64,000 nt of DNA, from the NCBI GenBank assembly GCA_903881505.1, contig CAIRTM010000075.1, positions 20,878 to 84,877 on the forward strand. The letters are read 5' to 3'. Under the pieces are notes generated by a model. It made no database searches and had not been told where the DNA came from. It saw nothing but the letters and a program-made list of their open reading frames with translations. The number at the start of each line of letters is the position of its first letter. The stretch's first letter is position 1. This stretch comes from an uncultured delta proteobacterium. Its GTDB lineage: Bacteria; Desulfobacterota; WTBG01; CAIYCZ01; CAIRTM01. The translations under genes and the position numbers were made by a program. Of this stretch, positions 20,384 to 29,702 are shown in pieces.

Positions 20384-21268
20384 ATGCCCTCGGATACTAA
20401 GGCCTCGATCATTGACAGCATATTCAGCGCAAAGCTCCCACCCGAGCTGTTTGAGCGCTTCGCGCAGTTTATCCGGCAGCGCTGCGGCATACGCATCGAC
20501 CAGGCAAAGCAGGCCATGCTCGAAGGCCGGCTGCGCAAGCGCATGCGCGCGCTCGGCCTGCCCACCTTTGAAGCCTACGCCGACTATCTCTTCAACCGGA
20601 AAAACGGCGATACCCGCGAGATTATTCATTTCCTTGATACGGTCACGACCAACAAAACCGATTTTTTCCGCGAGGCGCCGCACTTTGACTACCTGCGCCG
20701 CAGCCTGCTGCCGGAATTCATGGCGCAGCGCGACCGGCGCCGCGTCAGCACCTTCAGGATATGGAGCGCCGGCTGCTCAACCGGCGAGGAACCCTACAGC
20801 CTGGCCATGGTACTCAATGAGTTCGCTGAACAAAATCCGGCATTCAGCTATGCCATTCTCGCGACCGATCTATGCGTGCGCGCGCTGGCCACGGCTAAAG
20901 CCGGCATCTATGACATCGATCAGCTGGACGATGTCAGCCCCGAATACCGCCTCAAGTATTTCACCGCCGCCCGCACGCCCGACAGGCGGCAGCTGCGGGT
21001 TGTGCCGGCACTGCGCGAACATGTCGTGTTCAAGCGCTTCAACTTCATTACGCCCGTGTTTCCTATCCGGCAGCCGCTGCAGGCGATCTTCTGCCGCAAT
21101 GTTATGATATACTTCGACAGGCCCACGCGCGAACAGCTCATCAGCCGGTTTATCGACACGCTGGCTCCCGGCGGCTGCCTGTTCACCGGGCACTCGGAAT
21201 CACTTGCCGGCTTCCTGACCGGCCTGACACCGGTCGCTGCCGCGGTATATCGAAAGCCGCCGCACTGA
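20384..21268 (+). CDS. cheR: Chemotaxis protein methyltransferase CheR.
   Basis: The CheR SAM-dependent MTase domain (RIWSAGCSTGEEPYSLAM...ILATDL...IFCRNVMIYFD) is preceded by the N-terminal helical domain. Confidence 0.85.
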   Translation: MPSDTKASIIDSIFSAKLPPELFERFAQFIRQRCGIRIDQAKQAMLEGRLRKRMRALGLPTFEAYADYLFNRKNGDTREIIHFLDTVTTNKTDFFREAPHFDYLRRSLLPEFMAQRDRRRVSTFRIWSAGCSTGEEPYSLAMVLNEFAEQNPAFSYAILATDLCVRALATAKAGIYDIDQLDDVSPEYRLKYFTAARTPDRRQLRVVPALREHVVFKRFNFITPVFPIRQPLQAIFCRNVMIYFDRPTREQLISRFIDTLAPGGCLFTGHSESLAGFLTGLTPVAAAVYRKPPH

Positions 21269-21319
21269 GGGCAAAGCGCTTCAGGCTGCATACAGCAAAC
21301 GCGAGGCACCGCACAAGAC

Positions 21320-21931
21320 ATGACAGAAATACTGCATACCTTTTGGGACGGATTTGACCTGACGCAGTATTTGGGCATGTTTTCGGTGCCCGGGGCATTC
21401 GCGCCATTTCAGGGCTGGCTGAATATCGCGCTGGGCCTGATGCTGTGTTTTTTCGGCGCGCGCCTGTTCGGCGTCTCGGTTGTCTGTATTTCCGGGCTGC
21501 TCGCCGGGCTGGGCAGCTATGTGTGGCTGGCCGCGCGCATCGATGCAAACCCGGCCCTGGTGATCGCGCTGATCGCGGCGGTGCTGTGCGCGCTCGTGGT
21601 GCGCAGCCTGCTGCGCATAGGTTTTTTCCTGCTGGGTGTTGTCCTGGGCGGAAGTATTGCGGGAACCCTGATGGGCGACAGCATCTGGGTCGTGGCCGCC
21701 ATGCTTGCATGCGGCATTGTGAGCATGCTGATGTACCGCGCCTTTGTCGGGCTTATCTGCGCGGCACTGGGCGCGGTGCTGCTTGCCAACGGCCTGCTGG
21801 CCTGGATCGCGCCCGAAGCGCTGTCAAACCGGTATATGTTCCCGGGCCTTGTTGCGCTGCTCTTTACGTTCGGCCTGTTTTTCCAGGCAGGATTTCTGCG
21901 GAACAAAAAGCCTGAACCGGACGACGAGTAA
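21320..21931 (+). CDS. Polytopic inner-membrane protein of unknown function (about 6 TM helices).
   Basis: 203 aa, strongly hydrophobic with Gly/Ala/Leu-rich helices. No recognisable catalytic motif. Confidence 0.6.
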   Translation: MTEILHTFWDGFDLTQYLGMFSVPGAFAPFQGWLNIALGLMLCFFGARLFGVSVVCISGLLAGLGSYVWLAARIDANPALVIALIAAVLCALVVRSLLRIGFFLLGVVLGGSIAGTLMGDSIWVVAAMLACGIVSMLMYRAFVGLICAALGAVLLANGLLAWIAPEALSNRYMFPGLVALLFTFGLFFQAGFLRNKKPEPDDE

Positions 21932-21987
21932 GCTGGCATTCCAGAGGCTGAACAAAACTCTTACCACGACAGGAGCGTAGAACGGCT

Positions 21988-22347
21988 ATGGATATCACGC
22001 ACACCATCGCACAGCTTAAACAGGATCCTGAGTTTGCCAGAAACGTCGGCATGGTTCTTATTCACAACGGCATTGTCCGGGCATGGTCGCGCTCCGACGG
22101 TTCCCCGGTATCATCAGTCGACGTCACACCCGACCACGGACGCATTGAGGCCCTGCGCCGCGAATACGAGAAGAAACCCGGCATCTACAAGGTCATTGTC
22201 GAGGCAAAATCAGGCACATTAAAGCCCGGCGATGATCTGCTCTTCATCATCGTCGCGGGCGATATCCGCGAACATGTCAAACCCGTGCTGGCCGAACTGC
22301 TGGACAGGATCAAGGCGGAAGCCGTTAAAAAAGCGGAGCTCCCCTGA
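21988..22347 (+). CDS. MoaE-like molybdopterin synthase catalytic subunit (short form).
   Basis: GIVRAWS...IEALRREYEKKPGIYKVIVEAKSGTLKPGDDLLFIIVAGDIREHV resembles the MoaE core. Only 119 aa. Confidence 0.45.
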   Translation: MDITHTIAQLKQDPEFARNVGMVLIHNGIVRAWSRSDGSPVSSVDVTPDHGRIEALRREYEKKPGIYKVIVEAKSGTLKPGDDLLFIIVAGDIREHVKPVLAELLDRIKAEAVKKAELP

Positions 22348-22414
22348 GCAGACACGATACTATCGTTTGTGAGCTGGGATTTTAAAATACGGGGTTAAGC
22401 ATGACAGGCGTAAG

Positions 22415-22447
22415 AAAGCCGCCGTGTTTATGCTGCACGGCGGCTTT
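22415..22447. terminator. Bidirectional hairpin terminator with 12-bp stem AAAGCCGCCGTG/CACGGCGGCTTT, between the convergent MoaE-like and outer-membrane genes.
   Basis: Perfect stem with a 9-nt loop, sited between two convergent stops. Confidence 0.6.
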
Positions 22448-22511
22448 CCAATGTGTATATTCCGCTGACGCCGGCAAAGCCGTGAAAGCCTCCCTCGGGA
22501 AGCAGGCCGTT

Positions 22512-23159
22512 TTAGCGGCTGTACGTCAAGCCCACCACGTACGACGCGAAATTTTTACCGTCATATGACGACCAGAACGGGTCTGCGGTATGCGCGAATC
22601 TTCCTTCGGTGCGCAGGGACCATGCTGATTTGAACAGCTGCCAGTCCTTTCCCACCAATGCCCCGACTGTATACAGGCAGTGCGATCTGCCGATATCCGA
22701 ATAGCGGTGCTCCCTGCTCCAGTCCCGGTTTTCGAATTTCGGAAAGCTGCTTACATAGGACAGCCCGGCGAGTACACCAACATACAGCATCCTGTCAAAA
22801 AGGTTCCTTTTAAGAACAAGATTGCACCCGGTTTCATGAAATCCCGTATCCTGGTCATGATCAGGCTGCTCATTGGCCTTATGCGCGGAATAATGCAGTT
22901 CGCCGCCAAGGGTCCACTGGTTCCAGCTGTCGTTGAGCAGATGCGCAACCAGCGAATCACTCTCCGCCCGCAGTGATATGCGCTTTACAATGTTGTCGCT
23001 GTGATCCCCCTGCAGCGAATCGGGCAGCCATGAATCTCTGCCATAGGAAAAATCGACACCGATTTTTTCGAAGCTCCAGGGCTTGTCAGCGGCCCGGGCC
23101 GTTGCCGCAGCCAATAGAATTGAACTGCATACCACCGCCATTCTGAACCATTTTTTCAT
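22512..23159 (-). CDS. Secreted putative outer-membrane beta-barrel protein (signal peptide).
   Basis: MKKWFRMAVVCSSILLAAATARA signal peptide, then alternating aromatic/hydrophilic strands. Lower local GC. Function unknown; a PagL/OmpW-like lipid A deacylase is only a guess. Confidence 0.55.
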   Translation of the reverse strand: MKKWFRMAVVCSSILLAAATARAADKPWSFEKIGVDFSYGRDSWLPDSLQGDHSDNIVKRISLRAESDSLVAHLLNDSWNQWTLGGELHYSAHKANEQPDHDQDTGFHETGCNLVLKRNLFDRMLYVGVLAGLSYVSSFPKFENRDWSREHRYSDIGRSHCLYTVGALVGKDWQLFKSAWSLRTEGRFAHTADPFWSSYDGKNFASYVVGLTYSR

Positions 23160-23495
23160 CGTAAGCCTTTCTTTCTCTGTAGTTTAAAATACTATTGAAA
23201 AAATTGCCCGGCTGTCGGGAAATTTCCAAGCACCGTCACAGGATTAGATATGTATCGGCCCAAGATTAAAAAAAATTAATCTATTTTTGGCGACCGGATC
23301 ATTGTGTGCGCTCCGTTCAACCGGACTACATCAGATAATCAGGCAAAAAGAAAACCTGGTTTGCGGAAAAACACAGGGGCCTGCGCCGGCTATGCGCTGG
23401 TCTGCGGGGCACCGGGGCCGGATGCGGTAAAAAATTCCACGGAAAACAGTTCGGCAGTCAGGAAATGCCTTACTGAAACCTGCTGTATCGGGGCC

Positions 23496-24119
23496 TCAGC
23501 TTTGGCCCTGCTGCGGGCCCTTCGTCCCCATAAATTCCGGCATGGTGGCTTCGCCCGCATGGCTGATGCCCTCGCGCCGCACGACGGCAGCAGCCGTCAT
23601 CCACAGAATTTTCAGATCAAGCGGCAGTGAGCAATTATCAACGTACCAGACATCCAGCGCAAACTTTTCCTCCCAGCTGATGGCATTGCGGCCGTTGACC
23701 TGTGCCCAGCCGGTCACGCCGGGCCGCACTTCCATGCGCCGGGCCTGCTCGGGCGTATAGCGCGCAAGGTACTGCATGAGCAGGGGCCGGGGGCCGACGA
23801 TGCTCATGCTGCCCGCAAGCACATTCAGCAGCGTCGGCAGCTCGTCAAGGCTGCACGCACGCAGAAAACGGCCCAGCCTGGTCAGGCGCGCAGCGTCGCT
23901 TGCGGCCACGTCCTCGCCCGGGACAGGCGCGCGCATGGTCCTGAATTTTATGAGGTTGAAAGGACGTGCGTGCAGGCCGGGGCGCTGCTGCCGGAAGAAC
24001 ACCGGGGCGCCCATCGTGGCGCGAATACAGACGCTGACAACGATTAATACCGGCAGCGCCGCAATCAGCATGCACAGGCTGACGGTAATATCGAACAAAC
24101 GCTTGATACAGGGGTACAT
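23496..24119 (-). CDS. Small bacterial sugar transferase (polyprenyl-phosphate hexose-1-phosphate transferase, WbaP/PssY C-terminal domain type).
   Basis: 207 aa with one N-terminal TM helix and the ...DELPTLLNVLAGSMSIVGPRP...RPGVTGWAQVNGR motifs. Confidence 0.8.
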   Translation of the reverse strand: MYPCIKRLFDITVSLCMLIAALPVLIVVSVCIRATMGAPVFFRQQRPGLHARPFNLIKFRTMRAPVPGEDVAASDAARLTRLGRFLRACSLDELPTLLNVLAGSMSIVGPRPLLMQYLARYTPEQARRMEVRPGVTGWAQVNGRNAISWEEKFALDVWYVDNCSLPLDLKILWMTAAAVVRREGISHAGEATMPEFMGTKGPQQGQS

Positions 24120-24176
24120 GCCGGTACCTGATAATGGCAGCGGGCCATTGGAAAATTCTGCCCGCGTATCACCCGC

Positions 24177-24650
24177 TCAGACGGGCCGTTTCTTCCTGCT
24201 GCGCTCGATTTCCGCCTGTACAAGCTGTGCATGCTCTTCCGAGCTGTCACGCAGATAACGCAGCAGATTTGAATATTCCAGCCGCACCTTGAAATGCTGA
24301 AAAATATTTTTAGCGATGAGCGATTTTTCAAGATCGCGGCCAAGCTCAAGCGCATGCTCGGGGGTAATCTGATCCTGGCGCGCAAGCTCACAGGTCTTTT
24401 TTACATAGTCGATGATTGACTCAATAGCGCCAAGCCTGGTTGCACCTTCAGCAAAGGAAGCATCGTTCTGGTAGGTGAGCCGGTACAGCTTCTGCACGGC
24501 CTCGGCGTGTTCATTCTCTTCCCTGACAAGCTTCAGCCACAGTTCCCGCTGCGCGGGAAATTTTTCCGCAAACAGTGCATACAGCTCAGCAAGTCCCTGC
24601 TCAAGCTCATGCATGCGCATGAGTATTTTGATCTGATTTTCTTCAAGCAT
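24177..24650 (-). CDS. Ferritin-like diiron-carboxylate four-helix-bundle protein (hypothetical).
   Basis: 157 aa, all-helical, with two E...EExxH-type motifs (REENEHAE, SSEEHAQ). Confidence 0.45.
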   Translation of the reverse strand: MLEENQIKILMRMHELEQGLAELYALFAEKFPAQRELWLKLVREENEHAEAVQKLYRLTYQNDASFAEGATRLGAIESIIDYVKKTCELARQDQITPEHALELGRDLEKSLIAKNIFQHFKVRLEYSNLLRYLRDSSEEHAQLVQAEIERSRKKRPV

Positions 24651-24731
24651 GGATCAGCAGCCCCTGTAAAGAGTATTTATTACAAGCACCTGTTACACCG
24701 AATATGATTCTAAGCCGTGCGCCGGAGTCTG

Positions 24732-25853
24732 TCAAGCCGGGGCGTTTTCATGTCCTTCGAGCAGCAGCGGCAGGCGGTCGGCTACCAGCATACCGCGTAT
24801 TGTAGGTACAACGCGGCCGGAGCGGACGGTAATGAGGCCTTCGCGTTCAAGCTGCGCAAGCGTGCGCTCGTCAGAGCCCACATCCGCAAGCGCAGCACCA
24901 CGACTTGTTCGCAGGCCGAGCATCAGGCGCTCGAGGCGGAGCTGTTCGACCGAAAGGGTTTCCTCATCGGCAAGTGGGAAAGCACCATCTTCGAGCAGGC
25001 GGCAGTAGCCCTGCACGGAATCAACATTCCACCAGCGCTTGTGCCCGTCAAAGGAATGCGCTGCAGGGCCGAGGCCAAGGTACGGCAGATGCCGCCAGTA
25101 GCGGCTGTTGTGCCGGGCCTCGCAAGCCGCATCACGGGCATAATTTGAAACCTCATAGTGCTGATAGCCTGCCCCGCCCAGGAATGAATCGGCGAACAAA
25201 AAAAGCTGTTCAAGTGTGTCCTCTGATTCCGGGCTCAGGCTGTTCTCCTGCTGCATGCGAAAAAAAACTGTTCCGGGCTTGATGGTCAGCTGATAGCAGG
25301 ACAGATGAGCGGGCTGCAGTCGGAGGGCCTGCGCGAGATCAGCCTGCCAGTCCTGACGGGGCAGGCCGTACATGAGGTCAAGACTGACGTTCTCAAACCC
25401 GGCTGCGGCAGCATGTTCCACAGCCTCAAGCGACTGGCGCGCCGTATGCCTGCGCTGCAAAAAACCCAGCACGCCGTCGTCGAAGGACTGAACGCCGATG
25501 CTGAGACGGTTAAAGCCGAGGCTGCGCAGGACGCGTGCCTTTTCAAGGCTCATGTCATCGGGGTTGACCTCGATCGTGCACTCGGCATCCCCCACAACCG
25601 ACACGCTGGTGCGCACACGCTCCATCAAGAGGCCAAGCTGTCGTTCACTCAGCAGGCTGGGCGTACCGCCCCCGAAATAAACGGTTTTAAAACGGGGGAA
25701 AGACCCTCGGTACAGGTCCAGTTCGCGGCACACGGCCGCGCACCAGGCATCGGTCATACCCGCTGCCGCGATCGAAAAAAAATCGCAGTAGGGGCATTTC
25801 GAGGCGCAAAACGGCACGTGAATGTAGAGGCCGGCCGCGCCCGGGTCAGTCAT
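24732..25853 (-). CDS. hemW: Radical-SAM heme chaperone HemW (formerly annotated HemN-like).
   Basis: YIHVPFCASKCPYCDF CxxxCxxC, GGGTPS, and the HemW C-terminal domain. Start ATG 25853 overlaps the lepA stop by 8 nt. Confidence 0.85.
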   Translation of the reverse strand: MTDPGAAGLYIHVPFCASKCPYCDFFSIAAAGMTDAWCAAVCRELDLYRGSFPRFKTVYFGGGTPSLLSERQLGLLMERVRTSVSVVGDAECTIEVNPDDMSLEKARVLRSLGFNRLSIGVQSFDDGVLGFLQRRHTARQSLEAVEHAAAAGFENVSLDLMYGLPRQDWQADLAQALRLQPAHLSCYQLTIKPGTVFFRMQQENSLSPESEDTLEQLFLFADSFLGGAGYQHYEVSNYARDAACEARHNSRYWRHLPYLGLGPAAHSFDGHKRWWNVDSVQGYCRLLEDGAFPLADEETLSVEQLRLERLMLGLRTSRGAALADVGSDERTLAQLEREGLITVRSGRVVPTIRGMLVADRLPLLLEGHENAPA

Positions 25854-27642
25854 TTTCCGACTTGAGGATCGCAACAAAAGCTTTTTGCGGGATCTGGACA
25901 TCGCCCACCATTTTCATGCGGTCCTTGCCCTTTTTCTGTTTCTCGAGCAGTTTGCGCTTGCGGGTGATGTCGCCGCCGTAGCATTTGGCGGTTACGTCCT
26001 TGCGGAACGGATTGATGGTGGAACGGGCAATAACACTGCCGCCGATCGCGCCCTGGATGATAATCTTGAACATCTGGCGCGGGATCTCCTCCTTGAGCCG
26101 CTCGCAGTACTGCAGGGCGCGCGGGCGGGCGTTGTCGCGGTGGCTGATGAAGGAGAGCGCGTCGACCTTTTCGTGGTTCACCATCATGTCGACCTTCACC
26201 AAGTCACCGGGCCGGTGCTCGAGGTACTCGTAGTCAAAGGAACCGTAGCCCTGCGTGATGGTCTTCAGCCGGTCATAAAAATCATAGATGATTTCCGCCA
26301 GCGGCATGTCGAAGTTGACCTCGATGCGGCCCGGGGACGGATAGGTAAAGCGCGAGTTGCTGCCGCGCCGCTCCGTGCACAGCTTCATGACCGCGCCCAT
26401 GTAGCGCTCGGGGATGATGATCGAAATGCGCACGTAGGGCTCAAAAGCCGTGTCGATCACGGTCGGGTCGGGATAATACTGCGGGTTTTCAATAGTGAGC
26501 TCAGTACCGTTTCTGAGCGTAAACTTGTACTGCACCGACGGCGCGGTCATGATAATTGCCTGGTCGTATTCGCGCTCCATGCGTTCCTGCACGATTTCAA
26601 GGTGCAGAAGGCCCAGGAATCCACAGCGGAAGCCCTGCCCCAATGCCGCGGAAGAATCCTTCTGGTAATTGAGCGCTGCGTCGTTAAGCTTGTACTTTTC
26701 AAGCGCCTCGACAAGGCCCGGGTAGTCGTCGGCCGCAATCGGATACACGGAGGAAAACACCATCGATTTAGGCTCTTTAAAACCGGACAGCGGTGCGGCA
26801 GCCGGATTGCTGTCGAGCGTGATGGTGTCGCCCACGCGGGTGTCGCTCACGGTCTTGATGCCGGCGATGATATAGCCGACCTCTCCGGCAGAAAGCACGG
26901 AGCGCTTTTCAAGCTTAATGCGGAATACGCCGACCTCCTCAACGCGGTAGCAGGCCCCGTTGGACATGAAGCGGATCGTGTCACCTGCCCTGACCGTCCC
27001 GTTGAACACCCGGCAGCTGACCACGGTGCCGCGGAACTGGTCATAGTTGGCGTCAAAGATCAGCGCGGCAAGCGGAGCGGACGGGTCTCCCTGCGGCGGG
27101 GGCAAGCGGTCGACCACGGCTTCAAACACCTGCTCGATGCCGGTGCCGGCCTTGGCCGAGCACAAAAGCGCTCCGTTTGAGTCAAGGCCCAGCTCGATTT
27201 CGATTTCCTCCTTCACGCGCTCGATGTCGGCCGCGGGCAGGTCGATCTTGTTGATGACCGGGATGATCTCAAGATCGTGCTCCATGGCTGCGTACAGGTT
27301 GGCAAGCGTCTGGGCCTCGACCCCCTGCGCGGCGTCGACCAGCAGCAGCACCCCTTCGCAGGCCGCAAGCGCGCGTGAAACCTCGTAGGAAAAATCAACA
27401 TGCCCGGGCGTGTCGATCAGGTTGAGAACGTACTCCTGACCGTCTTTCCCGGTATAGGGCAGGGCCACGGTCTGGCTTTTGATGGTGATGCCGCGCTCCT
27501 GCTCGATGTCCATGCTGTCCAGCAGCTGGTCGTGAAAGTCACGCGCGCTGATGAGGCCGGCGTGCTGAATAAGGCGGTCGGCCAAGGTGGACTTGCCGTG
27601 GTCAATGTGGGCGATGATGCTGAAGTTGCGAATATTGAGCAT
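25846..27642 (-). CDS. lepA: Elongation factor 4 (LepA).
   Basis: MLNIRNFSIIAHIDHGKSTLADRL...DTPGHVDF...NKID. 598 aa from ATG 27642. The 190 upstream codons of the ORF-track entry are non-coding. Confidence 0.95.
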   Translation of the reverse strand: MLNIRNFSIIAHIDHGKSTLADRLIQHAGLISARDFHDQLLDSMDIEQERGITIKSQTVALPYTGKDGQEYVLNLIDTPGHVDFSYEVSRALAACEGVLLLVDAAQGVEAQTLANLYAAMEHDLEIIPVINKIDLPAADIERVKEEIEIELGLDSNGALLCSAKAGTGIEQVFEAVVDRLPPPQGDPSAPLAALIFDANYDQFRGTVVSCRVFNGTVRAGDTIRFMSNGACYRVEEVGVFRIKLEKRSVLSAGEVGYIIAGIKTVSDTRVGDTITLDSNPAAAPLSGFKEPKSMVFSSVYPIAADDYPGLVEALEKYKLNDAALNYQKDSSAALGQGFRCGFLGLLHLEIVQERMEREYDQAIIMTAPSVQYKFTLRNGTELTIENPQYYPDPTVIDTAFEPYVRISIIIPERYMGAVMKLCTERRGSNSRFTYPSPGRIEVNFDMPLAEIIYDFYDRLKTITQGYGSFDYEYLEHRPGDLVKVDMMVNHEKVDALSFISHRDNARPRALQYCERLKEEIPRQMFKIIIQGAIGGSVIARSTINPFRKDVTAKCYGGDITRKRKLLEKQKKGKDRMKMVGDVQIPQKAFVAILKSEND

Positions 27643-27895
27643 GATGCTGAATGCTGTCCGATCTATGCGTGCCAGATTGCTCTCAGAGCTTGTGTTTGCA
27701 AACTGACGGATTATAAAGTAAAGTCGATAGGTTGTCAAAGTATAGTACGCGCAGGGACCTGCACTAGCTGTAGGCCGGACCAAAAACCGCAATAATGGGC
27801 AATGCCCGTTACAGTGCCGGACACGCTGCGCTGAGTCCGGCCTACACCAGGACCGCACTGTCAGGTTCGTGTCCGGCTTATTACATGAGCAGACC

Positions 27896-29644
27896 ATGCT
27901 GCGAATCGCGCTGATATACCCACCTCCCTGGAAACTCGCCCGCGCGGGTGAAGCTCCGTATGCTGGCGCTGAAGGTCCGCCGGAAGGCGGTCCCTTTGAA
28001 CACTGCCTGCGCGGCGACAGCGAGCATATCCCGCTCGGGCTTCTGAGCCTTGCGGCGCAGGCGCGCGCTGCCGGCCATGACGTGACCGTGCTGAACCTGT
28101 TCGCATTCGCGTGGCGGGACATCGAGCAGATTATCGCATCTGTCCAGGCCGGCCTGTTCGGCCTGAGCTGCTTCACGCTCAACCGCCGCGGGACCCTGAT
28201 GCTGGCTGACCTCATCCGGCGCCTGCACCCTCATGCACACATAACCGTGGGCGGTCCGCATGCCTCCACCCTGCCCTGCGAACTGCTCAACCATTGCAGC
28301 GAGATCGACACCGTGGTGATCGGCGAGGGCGAGCAGACATTCATGGAACTCATCAGCCGGATTGAAAACCGGGCAACGACAGAAGGGATTCCCGGCACAG
28401 CCTGGAACACGGTTGACGGGCCGCGCAGCGCAGGTCCGCGCCGCCCGATTGAACACCTTGACAACCTGGTGCCGCCGTCGCGCTACTTTGATGACCATAT
28501 CGTGCTCTCCTCGCGCGGCTGCCCGTGGGACTGCTCCTTTTGCGCTTCACGCGTACTCTGGGGCCGGGGCTGCCGCAACCACTCAACAGACTATGTGCTT
28601 GACATGCTTGAGGAACTGGTGCACACGCACGGCCAGTGCGCAATCGCCTTCAAGGATGAAACCTTCACAGCCGACCGGCAGCGGACACTGGCTCTGTGCC
28701 GGGGCATTCGTGAACGCAGACTGAACATTGCCTGGAGCTGCGACACCCGGGCCGATGTGCTGGACGCGGAGCTGCTGAACGCAATGCGCTCATCCGGATG
28801 TCAGCGCCTCAGCCTCGGTGTTGAATCTGCCGATGAAGGAATTTTAAAACGGCTTAATAAAAAAATCTCCCCTGCCTCTGTGCGGGAGGCCACACGGCTT
28901 GCGCGCGGTGTGGGCCTGAGCGTGCGTTACTACATGATCGCTGGCAGCCCCGGGGAAACCATGGCGAGCCTGCAGCGCAGCCTCGATTTTGTGCGCGATG
29001 CCGGACCCTGTGAAGTCATCTTCAACCCCTTTACCCTGCTGCCGGGTACACGTGACTGGGAGCAAGCCGTTCACAGCGGCCGCTACAGCGTGGAATATTT
29101 TTTTACGGATACTTTTTTCGAGCTGCAGCCGGCCGCGCTCGACAGCGGAAGTACGGGCGATGAACTGCGCGACTGGCTGCGGGCCAACAGCGGACTTCGC
29201 CATGTCCGCCACTTCACGGTCGAGGAATGCCGTGAATTTGTAAGGATGTTTCCCGACCTTGCCAGCGCTCATCTTGATCTTGCCGAAGCACTGCTGCGCA
29301 ATAATGATGCAGCCACCGCCGAGCAGACCGCCTTCAGGGCGCTTGAGCTGAACCACCCCCAGCCCGGTTTGTGCCGCAACCTGCTTGCCTGCTGCGCGCT
29401 GCGGCAGGGACGTCTGCAGCAGGCTCTCGAACTTCTGCTGGCAGCTGCCGAATGCGGCTGTCATAGCGTCGTTGAGCGCAACATAGCCGCAGCTCAGCGC
29501 TGGGCAGCCCTGGGCGGCCCGCAATCAGGAGTTCCGCTCGAGTTTGACTGCGGCACAAACTTCGAGATCTCACGCCCCCGCCGCCAGCCGATCGGACCCG
29601 GCGAGCTTGAAATCAAAGGACGCATCTACGCGCCTGTGTTCTGA
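27896..29644 (+). CDS. B12-binding-domain radical SAM protein (class B) with C-terminal TPR-like domain.
   Basis: N-terminal cobalamin-binding Rossmann region (LRIALIYPP...VTVLNLFAF...ITVGGPHAS), radical SAM core SSRGCPWDCSFCAS, and a C-terminal helical repeat region (ALLRNNDAATAEQTAFRALELNHPQ...). Confidence 0.75.
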   Translation: MLRIALIYPPPWKLARAGEAPYAGAEGPPEGGPFEHCLRGDSEHIPLGLLSLAAQARAAGHDVTVLNLFAFAWRDIEQIIASVQAGLFGLSCFTLNRRGTLMLADLIRRLHPHAHITVGGPHASTLPCELLNHCSEIDTVVIGEGEQTFMELISRIENRATTEGIPGTAWNTVDGPRSAGPRRPIEHLDNLVPPSRYFDDHIVLSSRGCPWDCSFCASRVLWGRGCRNHSTDYVLDMLEELVHTHGQCAIAFKDETFTADRQRTLALCRGIRERRLNIAWSCDTRADVLDAELLNAMRSSGCQRLSLGVESADEGILKRLNKKISPASVREATRLARGVGLSVRYYMIAGSPGETMASLQRSLDFVRDAGPCEVIFNPFTLLPGTRDWEQAVHSGRYSVEYFFTDTFFELQPAALDSGSTGDELRDWLRANSGLRHVRHFTVEECREFVRMFPDLASAHLDLAEALLRNNDAATAEQTAFRALELNHPQPGLCRNLLACCALRQGRLQQALELLLAAAECGCHSVVERNIAAAQRWAALGGPQSGVPLEFDCGTNFEISRPRRQPIGPGELEIKGRIYAPVF

Positions 29645-29702
29645 TTGAGGGGATACGGACGGACTTTCCTTCGAAGGAACAATAGCCGCAGCGCTTTCCC
29701 GG

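Noticed and set aside
25885-27180. 431-aa + strand ORF; similar long antisense ORFs at 1649-2590, 14041-15105, 31879-33423, 36112-37134, 49742-50683 and 56005-57228.
   Set aside because: All lie antisense to well-supported genes (lepA, cdhD, nifS, RND pump, UDP-sugar DH, flavoprotein, groEL) and have low-complexity Arg/Gly/Ala/His-rich translations. They are shadow ORFs of GC-rich DNA.
27760-27860. Possible cobalamin riboswitch (B12 box) in front of the B12-dependent radical SAM gene.
   Set aside because: AGTCCGGCC resembles only part of the B12-box consensus and the surrounding conserved stems are absent. The repeated heptamer is more likely a protein-binding motif.
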